Positions 51,656-62,667 are shown, numbered from the stretch's first letter. The stretch: 64,000 nt of DNA from an uncultured virus (IMG/VR IMGVR_UViG_3300027896_000016) (IMGVR_UViG_3300027896_000016); one strand, 5' to 3'. The notes: generated by a model not told the origin, from the letters alone. Made by a program: numbers and translations.

Positions 51656-53632
51656 ATGGAAGAGTTTAAAATAGTAGATGGCGGAATAAACTATATATTT
51701 ACTCTATTGAGCGATTCTGTCAAAATTGAAAAACAAGATGGCACTGTTTTCTCGAATTATTTTGTGCCGATTAAGGTTTTTCTGGAATTTGTAAGTGTAT
51801 ATAATAAGCGCGAAGAAGTATTAACAAATATACTTACTAAACCAATAAGTCAACCAATATATGATGATATGTCTGAAGCAAAACAAATATTTTTGCCGAA
51901 AGAGTTGGCCCGAAAATTTATCGAATTTAAAACTGGTCAAAAGGGAAGTTATTACACTATTCAAATAACTAATCAATCGCATAGAGACACAAAATTTGGT
52001 GAAAATGGCCGATTTAATTATGTTGCGTCTAATAAAATAGTTTTGTCAAGTGAAATTTGTGGCCCAAATTGGTTTAAATCTGTAGATGGTTTTTGTGTTT
52101 GGGGGCCGAATAAGGCTACAGATAATAAGATTGTAGATATTAGTATCAAAGAGGATTTTGATAAAATTGTCGCGGCCTTGCGCGAATATAACCAAAAATT
52201 TGCGTCAATAAATATAAAAGTTAGCAATTCTGAAATTGGCGTTAAAGTAAAATATATCGGTTATGAATCAAATCCCAAAGATTTAACTATTAAAATTATT
52301 GCTCAGACACATATAGGCAAAGAGTTTGGTATTAATAGTGAAAAATATATAGCTTCTAATAATATAATTTTATGTAGTCTAAGTAGTGTTGAATGGGTTA
52401 GAAGAGAAAATATTTTTTATGTTAAAGGAGTTAATACCAATAGTGATAATAGTTTTGCGTGGATTGATAGTCGAGATAATTACGAAAGAGTTATTGCCGC
52501 AATAGATGAATATAACCAAAAATTTTCGGGCGTCGATATTAACCAAAAAATTAACGAAGGTAAGCAAAGGTTTTTTGGCGCAAGGACTACAATTCGCCAA
52601 AAATATGTTGATTATGAGATAGATACGTTAGGTCTGACTCTTAAAATTATCGGTCAATCGCATAGAGGCAAAGAATTTGGACCCAAAAATAATAATTTTA
52701 CTGCGTCTAACGGTATAGTTTTAACTAGTGGCTCTTATCCTTCTTGGGATGTAAATTTAAGGAATTTTTGGGTCAGAGGTTTTGATGGAGATACTGATAA
52801 TACTATCGTAAAAATCGGCAATTTAGAATATCTTAAGATTATCGTCGCGGCCTTGGATGAATATAATAAGGAATTTTCGGGCGAGAAAGAAGAACCTATG
52901 GAAAGATGGCAAAGAGAAGACGAAATGGGTCAGCGAAAAGAAATCGTATTTATAACTCAAGAAAATGTTGCAAGTAATCTTTATACTATTCAAATTAAGG
53001 AACAGACGCATATTGGCAAAGAATTTAGTGAAAATGGAGATTATGAATACCGTGCATCTAATGGTATATTATTAGCGAGTATTGGTCAACCGTATTGGAA
53101 TAAAACCTTACAGCGTTTTTCTGTTAGGGGGACTGATAAATCTAGAGATAATGATGCGATAAAATTCGAAGAAAGAGTAGATTTCAAGAGAGTTTGTGCC
53201 GCTTTGACCGAATACAACCAAAAATTCGGTCAAGTTCAAGAAATGCCGCGAATAAATAAGTATATTAGAATTGTGACCACCCAAAAGACTATTCAAATTA
53301 CCGCGCAAAGCCATATTGGCCGAAAGTTTGGCGAAGATAATAATATTTACTATAAAGCTTCAAATGGCATTATGTTGATGAGCGAAAGTTATCCTAATTG
53401 GACTGTAAAATATAGTATATTTCATGTTCGCGGGTCTGATTCAACTAAAGATAAAACAGTTGTTAATGTCGGAAATTTTAATGATGCTGTCGCAATTTGT
53501 TCGGCAATAAACGAGTATAATGCGAAATTCTCTGATCCCAATTTTAAGCCAGAAGTGCAACAGAAAAAACAGTCCAGTTTTGACAGTAGCGACGGTGTTT
53601 TGCCAGCAACGGAGGATAGATATCCGATATGA
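51656..53632 (+). CDS. Protein of five tandem ~85-aa domains of unknown function
   Basis: 5x TI.I..Q(S/T)H....F.....(Y/F).ASN.I.L.S....W......F.V.G.....D......I..A..EYN.(K/E)F. Confidence 0.8.
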   Translation: MEEFKIVDGGINYIFTLLSDSVKIEKQDGTVFSNYFVPIKVFLEFVSVYNKREEVLTNILTKPISQPIYDDMSEAKQIFLPKELARKFIEFKTGQKGSYYTIQITNQSHRDTKFGENGRFNYVASNKIVLSSEICGPNWFKSVDGFCVWGPNKATDNKIVDISIKEDFDKIVAALREYNQKFASINIKVSNSEIGVKVKYIGYESNPKDLTIKIIAQTHIGKEFGINSEKYIASNNIILCSLSSVEWVRRENIFYVKGVNTNSDNSFAWIDSRDNYERVIAAIDEYNQKFSGVDINQKINEGKQRFFGARTTIRQKYVDYEIDTLGLTLKIIGQSHRGKEFGPKNNNFTASNGIVLTSGSYPSWDVNLRNFWVRGFDGDTDNTIVKIGNLEYLKIIVAALDEYNKEFSGEKEEPMERWQREDEMGQRKEIVFITQENVASNLYTIQIKEQTHIGKEFSENGDYEYRASNGILLASIGQPYWNKTLQRFSVRGTDKSRDNDAIKFEERVDFKRVCAALTEYNQKFGQVQEMPRINKYIRIVTTQKTIQITAQSHIGRKFGEDNNIYYKASNGIMLMSESYPNWTVKYSIFHVRGSDSTKDKTVVNVGNFNDAVAICSAINEYNAKFSDPNFKPEVQQKKQSSFDSSDGVLPATEDRYPI

Positions 53633-54247
53633 GTGCGTCGAAATTTTTAAAAAGGAGGATTAGAACGTATACTATTATGTGTATATTAGTATCTATATTG
53701 TTTATAATTTTATTTTATAATGATTATTTAACAAATTTTATATGTTTATTTTGTGGTTTTTTATTTGGTGTGGCGGTACATGCGATTCGGCGCGATTGTG
53801 ATTTGTACAAGCTTTGTCTAAAAGAAGAACAGAAAGAGGTAAAGCAATGACGCGAAAAGAAAAGATTCAAAAAAGAGTACAGAAAATTGACGAATTAAGA
53901 GATAAATTAAATAAGGAATTAGATCAAATTGAACTTGAAGAAAATAAAGGTATCGGAGAAAGTTTAATTGGGAAATGTTACAAATTTGAAAATTTTTTTC
54001 GTGGTAACAGGAAAGATTCTTGGTATTTATATACAAAAGTTATTGCAGTAAATGTTTTTGGTTATTTGGAATGTATACGGTTTCAAATTTATAATAATGG
54101 CATGATTGAAATTAACCCAAATCTTAATAACTGTTACCCAAAAAATTGTTTTGATAAAGACTATGAATTGATAAGTGACGAAGAATTTACGAAAGCTTGG
54201 GCAAAATGTTTGGATGCGATTGAAAAAATAAATAAGGATTTAAAAAC

Positions 54248-54643
54248 ATGACTCCCGAACAAGCCGCCGTAAAACTTTTCCATGAGAAATTCGGTCTTAC
54301 TATTAATTCTAAGCCTACTATACCCGACCCAAAAGATATTAAATTGAGAATAAATTTAATTAACGAAGAGGCCAAAGAATTCGAAGAGGCGAGTTGTTTG
54401 AAAGATCCAATCGAAGTGGCTGACGCGCTGGCCGATTTGCTTTATGTCTTACACGGCGCGGCCTTGACATGGGGAATTGATCTTGAACCCGTGTTTAAGG
54501 AAGTCCAGAGAAGCAATATGAGCAAAGTTTGGTCCGATGGAACTGTTCATAAGCGAGAAGAAGACGGCAAAATTCTTAAGCCGCCGACTTATTCGCCAGC
54601 GGATATAATAAGTGTCTTAACCAAGCAGGGGTACTTTTCATGA
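54248..54643 (+). CDS. MazG-like/PRA-PH NTP pyrophosphohydrolase
   Basis: LRINLINEEAKEF...EVADALADLLYV...VQRSNMSK...REEDGKILKP. Confidence 0.85.
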   Translation: MTPEQAAVKLFHEKFGLTINSKPTIPDPKDIKLRINLINEEAKEFEEASCLKDPIEVADALADLLYVLHGAALTWGIDLEPVFKEVQRSNMSKVWSDGTVHKREEDGKILKPPTYSPADIISVLTKQGYFS

Positions 54644-55128
54644 AGATTATAAACGAAGATCTATTGGCCCAAAAATGTGACGTGATATGTTTTAGCGCCA
54701 ATGCCTTTATCAAGGCCAACGGTCGGCTGACGATGGGTGCTGGTGCTGCCAAGAGGGTAAGGGACGCTTTCCCCGGCATTGATGATGTCTTTGGGACCAG
54801 ATTGTCAAAAGGGATAACTGGTTTGGTTTGCGAAGATTATAACATTTGTCATGTCAAATATAATAGTCAAGATTTTATTGCCGTCCAAGTTAAGCGGCAT
54901 TTTAAGGATTTCCGAGAGAAGTGCTGGAATTTAGCGTGGCAGTCAATGGAAAAGTTTAAGTTCATGGTCGGTGAGAATCCTGATATGAGTTTTAGGATGA
55001 ATGTGCCGCTTATCAATAATTGTGGATATGCCGGTTCAGAGACTTGTATTATCGGAAAGTTGCACGAATTGTTTGATTCTTGTGATAACATAACTTTTTG
55101 CAAATTGGCAAGGGAGGTTAAGATATGA
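54640..55128 (+). CDS. Macro-domain-like (ADP-ribose-processing) protein
   Basis: NAFIKANGRLTMGAGAAKRVRDAFPGID...VKRHF. Confidence 0.7.
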   Translation: MKIINEDLLAQKCDVICFSANAFIKANGRLTMGAGAAKRVRDAFPGIDDVFGTRLSKGITGLVCEDYNICHVKYNSQDFIAVQVKRHFKDFREKCWNLAWQSMEKFKFMVGENPDMSFRMNVPLINNCGYAGSETCIIGKLHELFDSCDNITFCKLAREVKI

Positions 55129-55565
55129 ACGCAGAGCAACTTATGGTGCGAAAATTGTTGGAAGCTTCTGGTATAAAATCTCCAGATAAACCTTGTATAC
55201 CTAGTGATATTGATTTAGAAAAAATTCAAAAGACTCTTTGTGATTTAGGTGGAAATACTTTACTTATTGCTCAATCGAAAGAAAATCTAGAATTACTTAG
55301 TACCGTTGTACATTATCTTTGTCGAGTCATGTTTTTAGTATATGATATGGCCAATATTTATGGTGTAGATATAGAACCATGTTTTAAGGCGATATTTGAA
55401 TCTAATCTTAGGATGCTCTTTCCTGACGGAAAATTCCATAAGGACGAAAATGGTAATCTTTTAGTTCCCGAAGGATGGAAGAAGTCGGATATTGACGGAA
55501 TCCTTAAGTCAATGGGTTACGATAAGATGGATGCTTACTTGCAAAAATTTTCAAAGGATAATTAA
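55125..55565 (+). CDS. Degenerate paralog of the MazG-like protein at 54248
   Basis: PDKPCIPS...YGVDIEPCFKAIFESNL...DGKFHKDENG; acidic metal-binding residues lost. Confidence 0.65.
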   Translation: MNAEQLMVRKLLEASGIKSPDKPCIPSDIDLEKIQKTLCDLGGNTLLIAQSKENLELLSTVVHYLCRVMFLVYDMANIYGVDIEPCFKAIFESNLRMLFPDGKFHKDENGNLLVPEGWKKSDIDGILKSMGYDKMDAYLQKFSKDN

Positions 55566-55948
55566 TCATGGCAGTCTCGAAGTGTCCGAAATGTAGCAAA
55601 TTTCCAGTTGTAATTACTATTGAATATTATAGTGAAGAGTCTATGCCTCAATATATTGTTCAATGTCTTAAGTGCAGCGATTATAAATTGGGCAAAATTG
55701 TATTTCCTACCGAAGAATTGGCCATAAAAGTGTGGAATCAATGTGTATCTAGCGCGACTTCGATACACCCAAAAGTTTCTGATACTGCAAAGCAAAAGAA
55801 AGTTCGCGTATGTCATTTGTCGCCTGATAGGAAGAAAAGTGGGTCAATTTGCCCTGAATGCGACGAATCAATACCCTGATTTCGTCACGGGGTGTTTTGA
55901 CGGATATCTCTTAGTTCGGAGGGATTCCCTATTCACTAGTTTTGGGGC

Positions 55949-55987
55949 GCTATGGGGAGAGTATGGGCCTCATGCTTTCCCCATAGC
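55949..55987 (+). terminator. Long hairpin (terminator or processing signal)
   Basis: GCTATGGGGAGAGTATG-GGCCT-CATGCTTTCCCCATAGC followed by AATTTTT. Confidence 0.6.
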
Positions 55988-56484
55988 AATTTTTGAAAGG
56001 CGACAATGAACAAGCGCGAATTAATTAAAGAATATTTTAAGCAGTTCAAATTTTCGGCGCTTTTTGACGAAGCACTTTTACGACGTGAAATGGAAGAGCA
56101 TTTTAATATATTTATGGTTTATACGTTATTCAATGAATACTTAGAGCAAGGCTGCGAAACTAAGAAAGAAAAGATGGATAAACTTAATGTGGTCTTGAAT
56201 TGTTGGAAGAGTTCTCTTAAGAAAAGTTTCAAAGATTCCGTAAAGATACATCGTGAACTTATGATGTCCAAGATAGGCCAAAAATATTCTGGCAAGATCG
56301 ATGATGGTGAACAATTTATGGTTTTACTTAATAAAATTTCAAATAAATTTGCAGAAGACGTGACGAAATTTTATGAGTGACAGTGACATATATTCAATTG
56401 TCATAGTAATAATAATTTGTTTTATAATAATCATAACACCATTTGTTATCTTAGTCGGCGCTTACAGAAAACTAAAGAGGGCAT

Positions 56485-56799
56485 ATGATAAACTCAGAAA
56501 TAGCGATCCAGGCCATAAAGAAGGCCCATAAGAGCATTTGTAAGTATCGTGTATCGGCAATCGGCCTGGACAAGAATTTTCGGGTAATTGCCAAAACTTT
56601 TAATCGCCCGCGTTTTGCGCGGGAAGGAGGTTCAAGACACGCCGAAATGATAGTGATGCTTAATCGCCGCGTCAAATACATAATTATCTGTCGTATTACA
56701 GCGTCGGGTATTATCAAACCTATACATCCCTGCATCGCTTGTGCGAGCAAGGCTAAAGAACTAGGTATAAAGATTTATGGCTTGTTGGAGATAATTTAA
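56485..56799 (+). CDS. Zn-dependent cytidine/deoxycytidylate deaminase-like protein
   Basis: SRHAE...HPCIAC. Confidence 0.8.
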   Translation: MINSEIAIQAIKKAHKSICKYRVSAIGLDKNFRVIAKTFNRPRFAREGGSRHAEMIVMLNRRVKYIIICRITASGIIKPIHPCIACASKAKELGIKIYGLLEII

Positions 56800-57326
56800 G
56801 ATGACTGATATCAAAGATATAGCAAAACAAGAACAGTCCCAATTAAACCTGAGAGTTCGTATGGCATTGCCTATAAAAGTTAATGGCAGAGATCTTGTTT
56901 TTGATTCTTATTTTGTTATGAATTTATCTACTTATGATATTGAAGATGATTTGTTAAAGCTTTCCGAAAAAGAATATGTTTTCACACTTTTATGTCCAGC
57001 ATGGTCTGACAAATTTATTCATGCAGGTTTGGACGATATGGCAAATTTAAATGGCGCGTTAGGCAAACTTCGTTATGATTTTTTGGAGATTTGCCGAATT
57101 TTAAAGCCAATTAAAGGCTATAATGAAATTAGTATTAGTATTGAATATATTAATCAATTTGGATCTGTTGTTTTAAGAAAATCGACAGGCGATACTAAAT
57201 GGTTTTGTGATATTAAACTAAAGACCGACGAAGCTTGTGATTTAGTAAAGTTTACTAATTGTTCAGTAGATTTACAAACAATGGCCGATAAAATTAAGAA
57301 ATTCTTGGATAAGAAAGGAAAGTAAA

Positions 57327-57953
57327 ATGGCTGAAGCAGCCGAAATGCGCCAGAAGGATTATGTCCAAATGATGAAATCCGTAACGCTTGAATCAAAGGC
57401 CAAAGAATTTCATCGTCAAGCTGTCGAAAAGGCCATTAGTTCTGGTCAGCGCGTAGCCGAAGTTGTCTTGGACGATTACCCGGATTTAAAGAAAGCGGCA
57501 AAAAGTAAAGGTTTAATGAAAGGATATGAATACATGAGCGGCGAAAAAGATATTGACCCAAAGCCTGAGAAAAATCCAGATAAAGAGGAAGAAGGTGAAG
57601 AAGAAGATGACGATTGGGAAGATGAGGAAGAAGAGGAAGACGAAGAAGGTGACGAAGAAGAAGACGATGACGACAATTTTGACGAAGAAGACGACGAAAT
57701 AGATTATGACGAAAATGAAGATGAAGAAGATGATGACGAAGAAGAGGAAGACGAAGAGGAAGAAGAAAATGATGATGACGAATTCGACGAAAATGGCGAA
57801 GATGAAGAGGATGGCGTAATTAAGAAAGGTACGATAAAAGAAACAGAGGCAACAGTTAAGCCAGTTGCTTCCGCACCTGCTGTAGCTCCAATTGCACAAA
57901 CGGCAACGCCAGAAAAGCGCAAGCGTGGTCGGCCTCGAAAAACTAAAGAGTAA
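57327..57953 (+). CDS. Highly acidic low-complexity protein with a C-terminal AT-hook
   Basis: ~80-residue D/E tract; KRKRGRPRK. Confidence 0.75.
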   Translation: MAEAAEMRQKDYVQMMKSVTLESKAKEFHRQAVEKAISSGQRVAEVVLDDYPDLKKAAKSKGLMKGYEYMSGEKDIDPKPEKNPDKEEEGEEEDDDWEDEEEEEDEEGDEEEDDDDNFDEEDDEIDYDENEDEEDDDEEEEDEEEEENDDDEFDENGEDEEDGVIKKGTIKETEATVKPVASAPAVAPIAQTATPEKRKRGRPRKTKE

Positions 57954-58127
57954 TTATGCCGCAAAATAAAGACAGCGAATATGAGCGAAAGCTTAAAATA
58001 AAATTGGCAGTTCTCGAAGGGGCTAAAAAGACGCGCAAGATTGATAAGCGATTATTGGAGATGTTTCATCGTGGGTCAAAAATAGTCGAACGTAAAATCG
58101 ACAAAGATAGGCATAGAAAGGGGCCAC

Positions 58128-58724
58128 ATGGGCGCACAGACAGTTACCGAAATGATTAATTTTGCTGGGGATATAATCCAAAATTGGGCAAAGTCCCAAA
58201 ATTTTCCTGATACTAATGAAGATATATTTAATGGTCTTGTAGATATGGTCGGGCGTTTGGCAAGAATACGTAAGAATGAATCCAGAAGTAATTTTCCATT
58301 GCCGCACGATGTAGAGATTGTTTGTTCACACATAATTGTTTATATATTGCGCTACGGTATAAAGAATTGTTCTAATCTTGGGAATTGTGTTGAGGCTATA
58401 ATGCAAGGTAATTTTGGACTTAGTGATACCGAAAAAGAAGATTATAATATTGGTAAATTGCCGATTAACATTAGTAAGAATACTTCGCCAACTTTAACTT
58501 TAGAGGATAAAATTCATGATTCTGGAGGACAAAATACCAGCACAATCCCCCAAACCGGAAACGACCCAATTACCCCAAGTATCACAATCGCCCCAGGAGT
58601 TATCTCAACAAGCACAACCGGAACAAACGTCCCAACAACCTATATCGTTAAAAAGATCCCGCCGAAGAAAATATCCAGAGGCAAAAAATCGGGAAGAAAT
58701 CGACGATCTAAGAATAAAAGGTGA
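58128..58724 (+). CDS. Hypothetical protein (3' end overlaps the recombinase gene)
   Basis: 198-aa ORF. Confidence 0.5.
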   Translation: MGAQTVTEMINFAGDIIQNWAKSQNFPDTNEDIFNGLVDMVGRLARIRKNESRSNFPLPHDVEIVCSHIIVYILRYGIKNCSNLGNCVEAIMQGNFGLSDTEKEDYNIGKLPINISKNTSPTLTLEDKIHDSGGQNTSTIPQTGNDPITPSITIAPGVISTSTTGTNVPTTYIVKKIPPKKISRGKKSGRNRRSKNKR

Positions 58725-59478
58725 GTTTGACAAAATCGTCTTAGAGGCCGATGTTATCAGAATCGTCAATTATTTTAAAGAACGCGGGAAAGAAGGAAAA
58801 TTAAACAAGCGTTATTTCGGCATGTTTTGTATTGCGAATTTTGGTTTGCGCGTTTCCGAATGCTGCCTATTAAAAAGATATCATTTGGAGACATGTAGGG
58901 CGGGACATGTTACAATTCCGACTTTGAAGCAACGGGACAAGAAGGAATTGCGTAAACTAAAGCGCCAAAGGGCTTTAGAGAGGAAATTAGGGCTGGATAA
59001 AAATTCCTTGAAACAGCCGGTAGAACCTGTCCAAGCTGTACCTGGAAGTGAAGCTGTCCCGATTATGCCTGTTATGCCTTTGATTAAGGTCCAAAAAGCT
59101 ATAGACATGCGTATAAGTTGCTCAAGCAATTTGTGTGATACTATTGATAATTATCTCTTTGCATTGTCTAAATTGTATCCAGAAAACAAAGAAAATTGGG
59201 TATTTCCTTCGGGGAAGGAGGGTAGAAATCATCTAACTCGCTTTGCATTTGAAGAGGCATTCACCGACGCAATTTTAGATTTGGGCCTTAACCGAAAATA
59301 TTCTGTTCACGCCTTGCGTCACTATCGGGGTACTTTACTTTATAGAATAACACGGGACTTAATATTGGTCATGAAAGAAATGCGACATGCTGATTCAGCA
59401 ACAACGCAAATTTACGTGCATATTGTGGAAAATGAAGAGAAGATGAAGCAATTACGTGAATTGGAGGGAATCGTTTGA
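58516..59478 (+). CDS. Tyrosine recombinase/integrase (Xer-like catalytic domain)
   Basis: GLRVSE (R), LKQR (K), HALRH (H-x-x-R), MRHADSATTQIY (H, Y); GAGGA RBS. Confidence 0.9.
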   Translation: MILEDKIPAQSPKPETTQLPQVSQSPQELSQQAQPEQTSQQPISLKRSRRRKYPEAKNREEIDDLRIKGEFDKIVLEADVIRIVNYFKERGKEGKLNKRYFGMFCIANFGLRVSECCLLKRYHLETCRAGHVTIPTLKQRDKKELRKLKRQRALERKLGLDKNSLKQPVEPVQAVPGSEAVPIMPVMPLIKVQKAIDMRISCSSNLCDTIDNYLFALSKLYPENKENWVFPSGKEGRNHLTRFAFEEAFTDAILDLGLNRKYSVHALRHYRGTLLYRITRDLILVMKEMRHADSATTQIYVHIVENEEKMKQLRELEGIV

Positions 59479-59723
59479 GTAAAATAAATCCAGTTGAAGC
59501 ACTTAATAAGATGGGGATTGAGGATAATAGTTTATGTCATAGAATGATAGAATATTTAATATTACCAACTGGTCCATCTATTGTTGGTGGTGCGGAAGCA
59601 GGTTTTTCAGTTAATCCATTGCCAAAAGTTTGTGTTGGGGCAAAGTGTAAGTTGTGGTCCAAAGAGTTTGGTGAATGTGCGGAGATTCTCAAAATCAAAT
59701 CTAACTTAGAAAGGGCTATCTAA

Positions 59724-60380
59724 ATGGCTACTGCTACAAATACTCCTGCCGTTTTGGGCGAGCGTCTTGGTATTTTCGTTGACGTTCGTGGGCTTTATTA
59801 TTCTACTATGAAGATTTTTGGCGAGAATTCTAAGATTAATTATCGTGAATTGCTGGCATTTATTAAGAAAGATCGTGCTTGCGCGGCGTCGATTGCTTAT
59901 ATTATCACGAAAGAGAATATCAATCAGGGGAGCTTTTATGGTATGCTCAAACATGCCGGATATGTTCCCAAGGTAAAAGAGCAGAGAAAGTCAGCGAATA
60001 GTGACGAAATGAAGCCGATTTTCTGGCATGTCGGAATGACAATTGACATTATGGAAATGGTGTTTCGTGGCCAGATTGATACCGTTTGCTTAGTTACTTC
60101 TGACGGTATTATGACCGATTTGGTCAAGAGTATTTGTCAGAGAAATATCAAGTGCGAAGTTTATTGGTTTGAAGGTCAATGTTCAAAGGCACTGCAAAAT
60201 TCTTGCAATGAATTTGTGGCCTTGAATAAGAAAGTGGTCATAACCGACTCTAAGAAGCCTAAAGAAGAGGCCGTAAAGGACGAAATGACCGACGAAATTG
60301 AAAAAGCTGCTGCCGATTTGGATAAAGATATTGGTAGTGACGAGGAACAGATTGAGATAGGCAACATTGGGGACAAATAA
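59724..60380 (+). CDS. NYN/LabA-DUF88 (PIN-like) domain protein, partly degenerate active site
   Basis: GIFVDVRGLY, WHVGMTID, LVTSDGIMTDLV, S.AL...C.EF. Confidence 0.75.
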   Translation: MATATNTPAVLGERLGIFVDVRGLYYSTMKIFGENSKINYRELLAFIKKDRACAASIAYIITKENINQGSFYGMLKHAGYVPKVKEQRKSANSDEMKPIFWHVGMTIDIMEMVFRGQIDTVCLVTSDGIMTDLVKSICQRNIKCEVYWFEGQCSKALQNSCNEFVALNKKVVITDSKKPKEEAVKDEMTDEIEKAAADLDKDIGSDEEQIEIGNIGDK

Positions 60381-60748
60381 TGTCCAAGAAAGCCGTAGGT
60401 GTTCGGCTCACTGAAAAACAATATGTTAATCTTTATAAGATAATGTCTGCGGAGTCCAAGAATATCTCAGAAGTATTCTTGGATTCCGTAGATAGTACTA
60501 CTATTGAAGATGTCTTGGTTTTATTGGACTCTAAATTTGATAAGCCGATTTCTTTTTGCGTACCGGGTGAACTTTACCAAAAATTATTGGAAGTGTGTGC
60601 CGAAAATGGCCTAAAGATAAGCGATTTATTGCGGGCCTATTTGAGCGTCTATTGCGCCCGAAAGATTAATTCAATAAGTGATAAAGAAGTCAAGAAGGTT
60701 CGCGTTGAAGCCGCAAAATTGGTCGAAGATTTGGGTGAGAGTTTATGA
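60380..60748 (+). CDS. Putative ribbon-helix-helix DNA-binding protein (tandem RHH)
   Basis: VGVRLTEKQYVNL...ISEVF and ISFCVPGELYQKL...ISDLLR. Confidence 0.55.
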   Translation: MSKKAVGVRLTEKQYVNLYKIMSAESKNISEVFLDSVDSTTIEDVLVLLDSKFDKPISFCVPGELYQKLLEVCAENGLKISDLLRAYLSVYCARKINSISDKEVKKVRVEAAKLVEDLGESL

Positions 60749-61731
60749 ATAACCGCGAAATTTTGGTGAGACTTATTGATATTCAGACAGAAATTGGGCT
60801 TTATATTTCTGGTACTGAGCTAGACCCAATGTCCCAAGAAGTTTTGGCCAATATCTGTAGCAGTATAAATAATTTGGCTATGTCTCTAGAATCGGAGGGT
60901 CCAATGGCAGAAAATGCGCCTCAAACACCCGAAAAGCCACAAGCAACGCCAATCCCGGCAGTTTCGATTTTCGACAAACTTAACGAAGATTTGGGCAACG
61001 AAATCTTGGTCAAAGAATGCAGTCTAGAAGACGGCGATTTTGAGGATTCTTTGGTAGTTCTGGACGATCCCGGTCTTAGGACGGGTTGGCCCGAATTATG
61101 GGAAGTTCTGCAAGACGATTCGGCCAAGTTGACCGAAGAGTCCGACGTTTTTGGTGATTGCTATGTATGGAAGCCGCCCGTTGACGCTAAAGACAAAAAG
61201 TTAGTCTATCGATTTTATATGATAGGCGACGATGATGAAGATGAAGACGAAATCGCGCCAAATCCCGAAGAGATGAAAGCGGCAATGGCAGAACAATATG
61301 ATACAAGTATTACTATGATAAATAATATTATGAAATTGCGCAATTTTGTCGTCAATAAGTGCGCTGATTTGGCTGACGTAAAAATAGATTCTTGTCAGGT
61401 TATTGAACGAAAGCGGCTCAAGCAAAATAAGAAAAAGTTCCAGAGATACTATGCCCATACGTATCATAAGCCAAAAATTATCTGCATATCCAAAGATTTG
61501 TTCAAGCTGCCGATAAATAAAGTATTTGCTATTTTATTGCATGAATATGGTCATGTTGCGTGTGGCCACAGTAGTAGAGAAAAAGAAGAAGCTGGCGAAA
61601 TAAACGCGAATCTTTGGGTATTGACTAATCTTGGTATTAAGATAGATTATGTCGGTGATTTGCAATTGCAGACGATTAAGGACGAAGATTGTTTTGCGAT
61701 TTTGAATAGGTGCGAGGAAAAAGAAACATGA
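60745..61731 (+). CDS. Acidic protein with a C-terminal HExxH zinc-metallopeptidase-like domain
   Basis: ILLHEYGHV...EINAN. Confidence 0.6.
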   Translation: MNNREILVRLIDIQTEIGLYISGTELDPMSQEVLANICSSINNLAMSLESEGPMAENAPQTPEKPQATPIPAVSIFDKLNEDLGNEILVKECSLEDGDFEDSLVVLDDPGLRTGWPELWEVLQDDSAKLTEESDVFGDCYVWKPPVDAKDKKLVYRFYMIGDDDEDEDEIAPNPEEMKAAMAEQYDTSITMINNIMKLRNFVVNKCADLADVKIDSCQVIERKRLKQNKKKFQRYYAHTYHKPKIICISKDLFKLPINKVFAILLHEYGHVACGHSSREKEEAGEINANLWVLTNLGIKIDYVGDLQLQTIKDEDCFAILNRCEEKET

Positions 61732-62667
61732 CCGAAAAATCAGCCGAATGCGCAAGACGTAAAAAGACCGTATGCTGTTTTCTTTATGTAAATAGTGAGC
61801 CGATATGTATTAGTTGTTATAATATTAAGTATAGTTACCAAACATTTACTGGTATAAAATGTCAAAGATGCGGTAATTTTGTTTGGTCCATTACTTTTCG
61901 TGATAATATGTTATTGTGCAATAATTGTGCTAAAATTTTGGAAAATTTGTCTTTGTCTCCACCGAAAGGTTGGCAATGTCCAATTTGCGGCACGATAATG
62001 AGTCCTTTTGTTGAGACATGTGTAAATAATTGTGGCAAGAAAGGTGGTGAAGATGACAACTGGCGTTCAGGTTCAACCGGATGAAAATGGCACCTATAGT
62101 TTATTTAAATTGTCGCCAACGGGCAAAAGTTTAAAGTTGGCCGAAAATATTAAGACCAAAGAAATTGCCGGTTATCTGGCAAAATGTGGGGAAGTTATAG
62201 ATTTGCAAACACAAATTGCATTTCTTACAAAGATTGTGACGTTTTGGGAGGGGTGCAAAATATTGTCTATGGATCATTTGCCGACGTGTCACTCTAAGAC
62301 AAATAAAGAAAGTAGAATTTGTAATTGTGGCCACAAAGAGGCTATGGCCCGTGTTAGGGTAATTATTAAGGAGAACTAATGCGAATAAAAATCCCAAAAG
62401 AAATAGTTCTTGATAACGGTTATAAAGTAATTATTAATTTAGGTATTAATATTTTGAAAGGTCTTAAGGCAGAGGCTTTAGAAATTATTGAATTAGAGAT
62501 CTATAAAGATAATGTTCAGGTGGCGCGGCGATCAATGACGCCCGCCGAAATAATTCCAAAAGAAATGATGGACGCATTTAATGCTTATTCGACCAAGACG
62601 ACAAAGTGATAATCTGTGAGCCGTCGCAACGATTGCAAGCCGATTGGGCGTTATTGTTTTATTTTAG

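Noticed and set aside
57476..57964. Poly-Ser and poly-Phe minus-strand ORFs
   Set aside because: Antisense of the GAA/GAT-rich acidic tract
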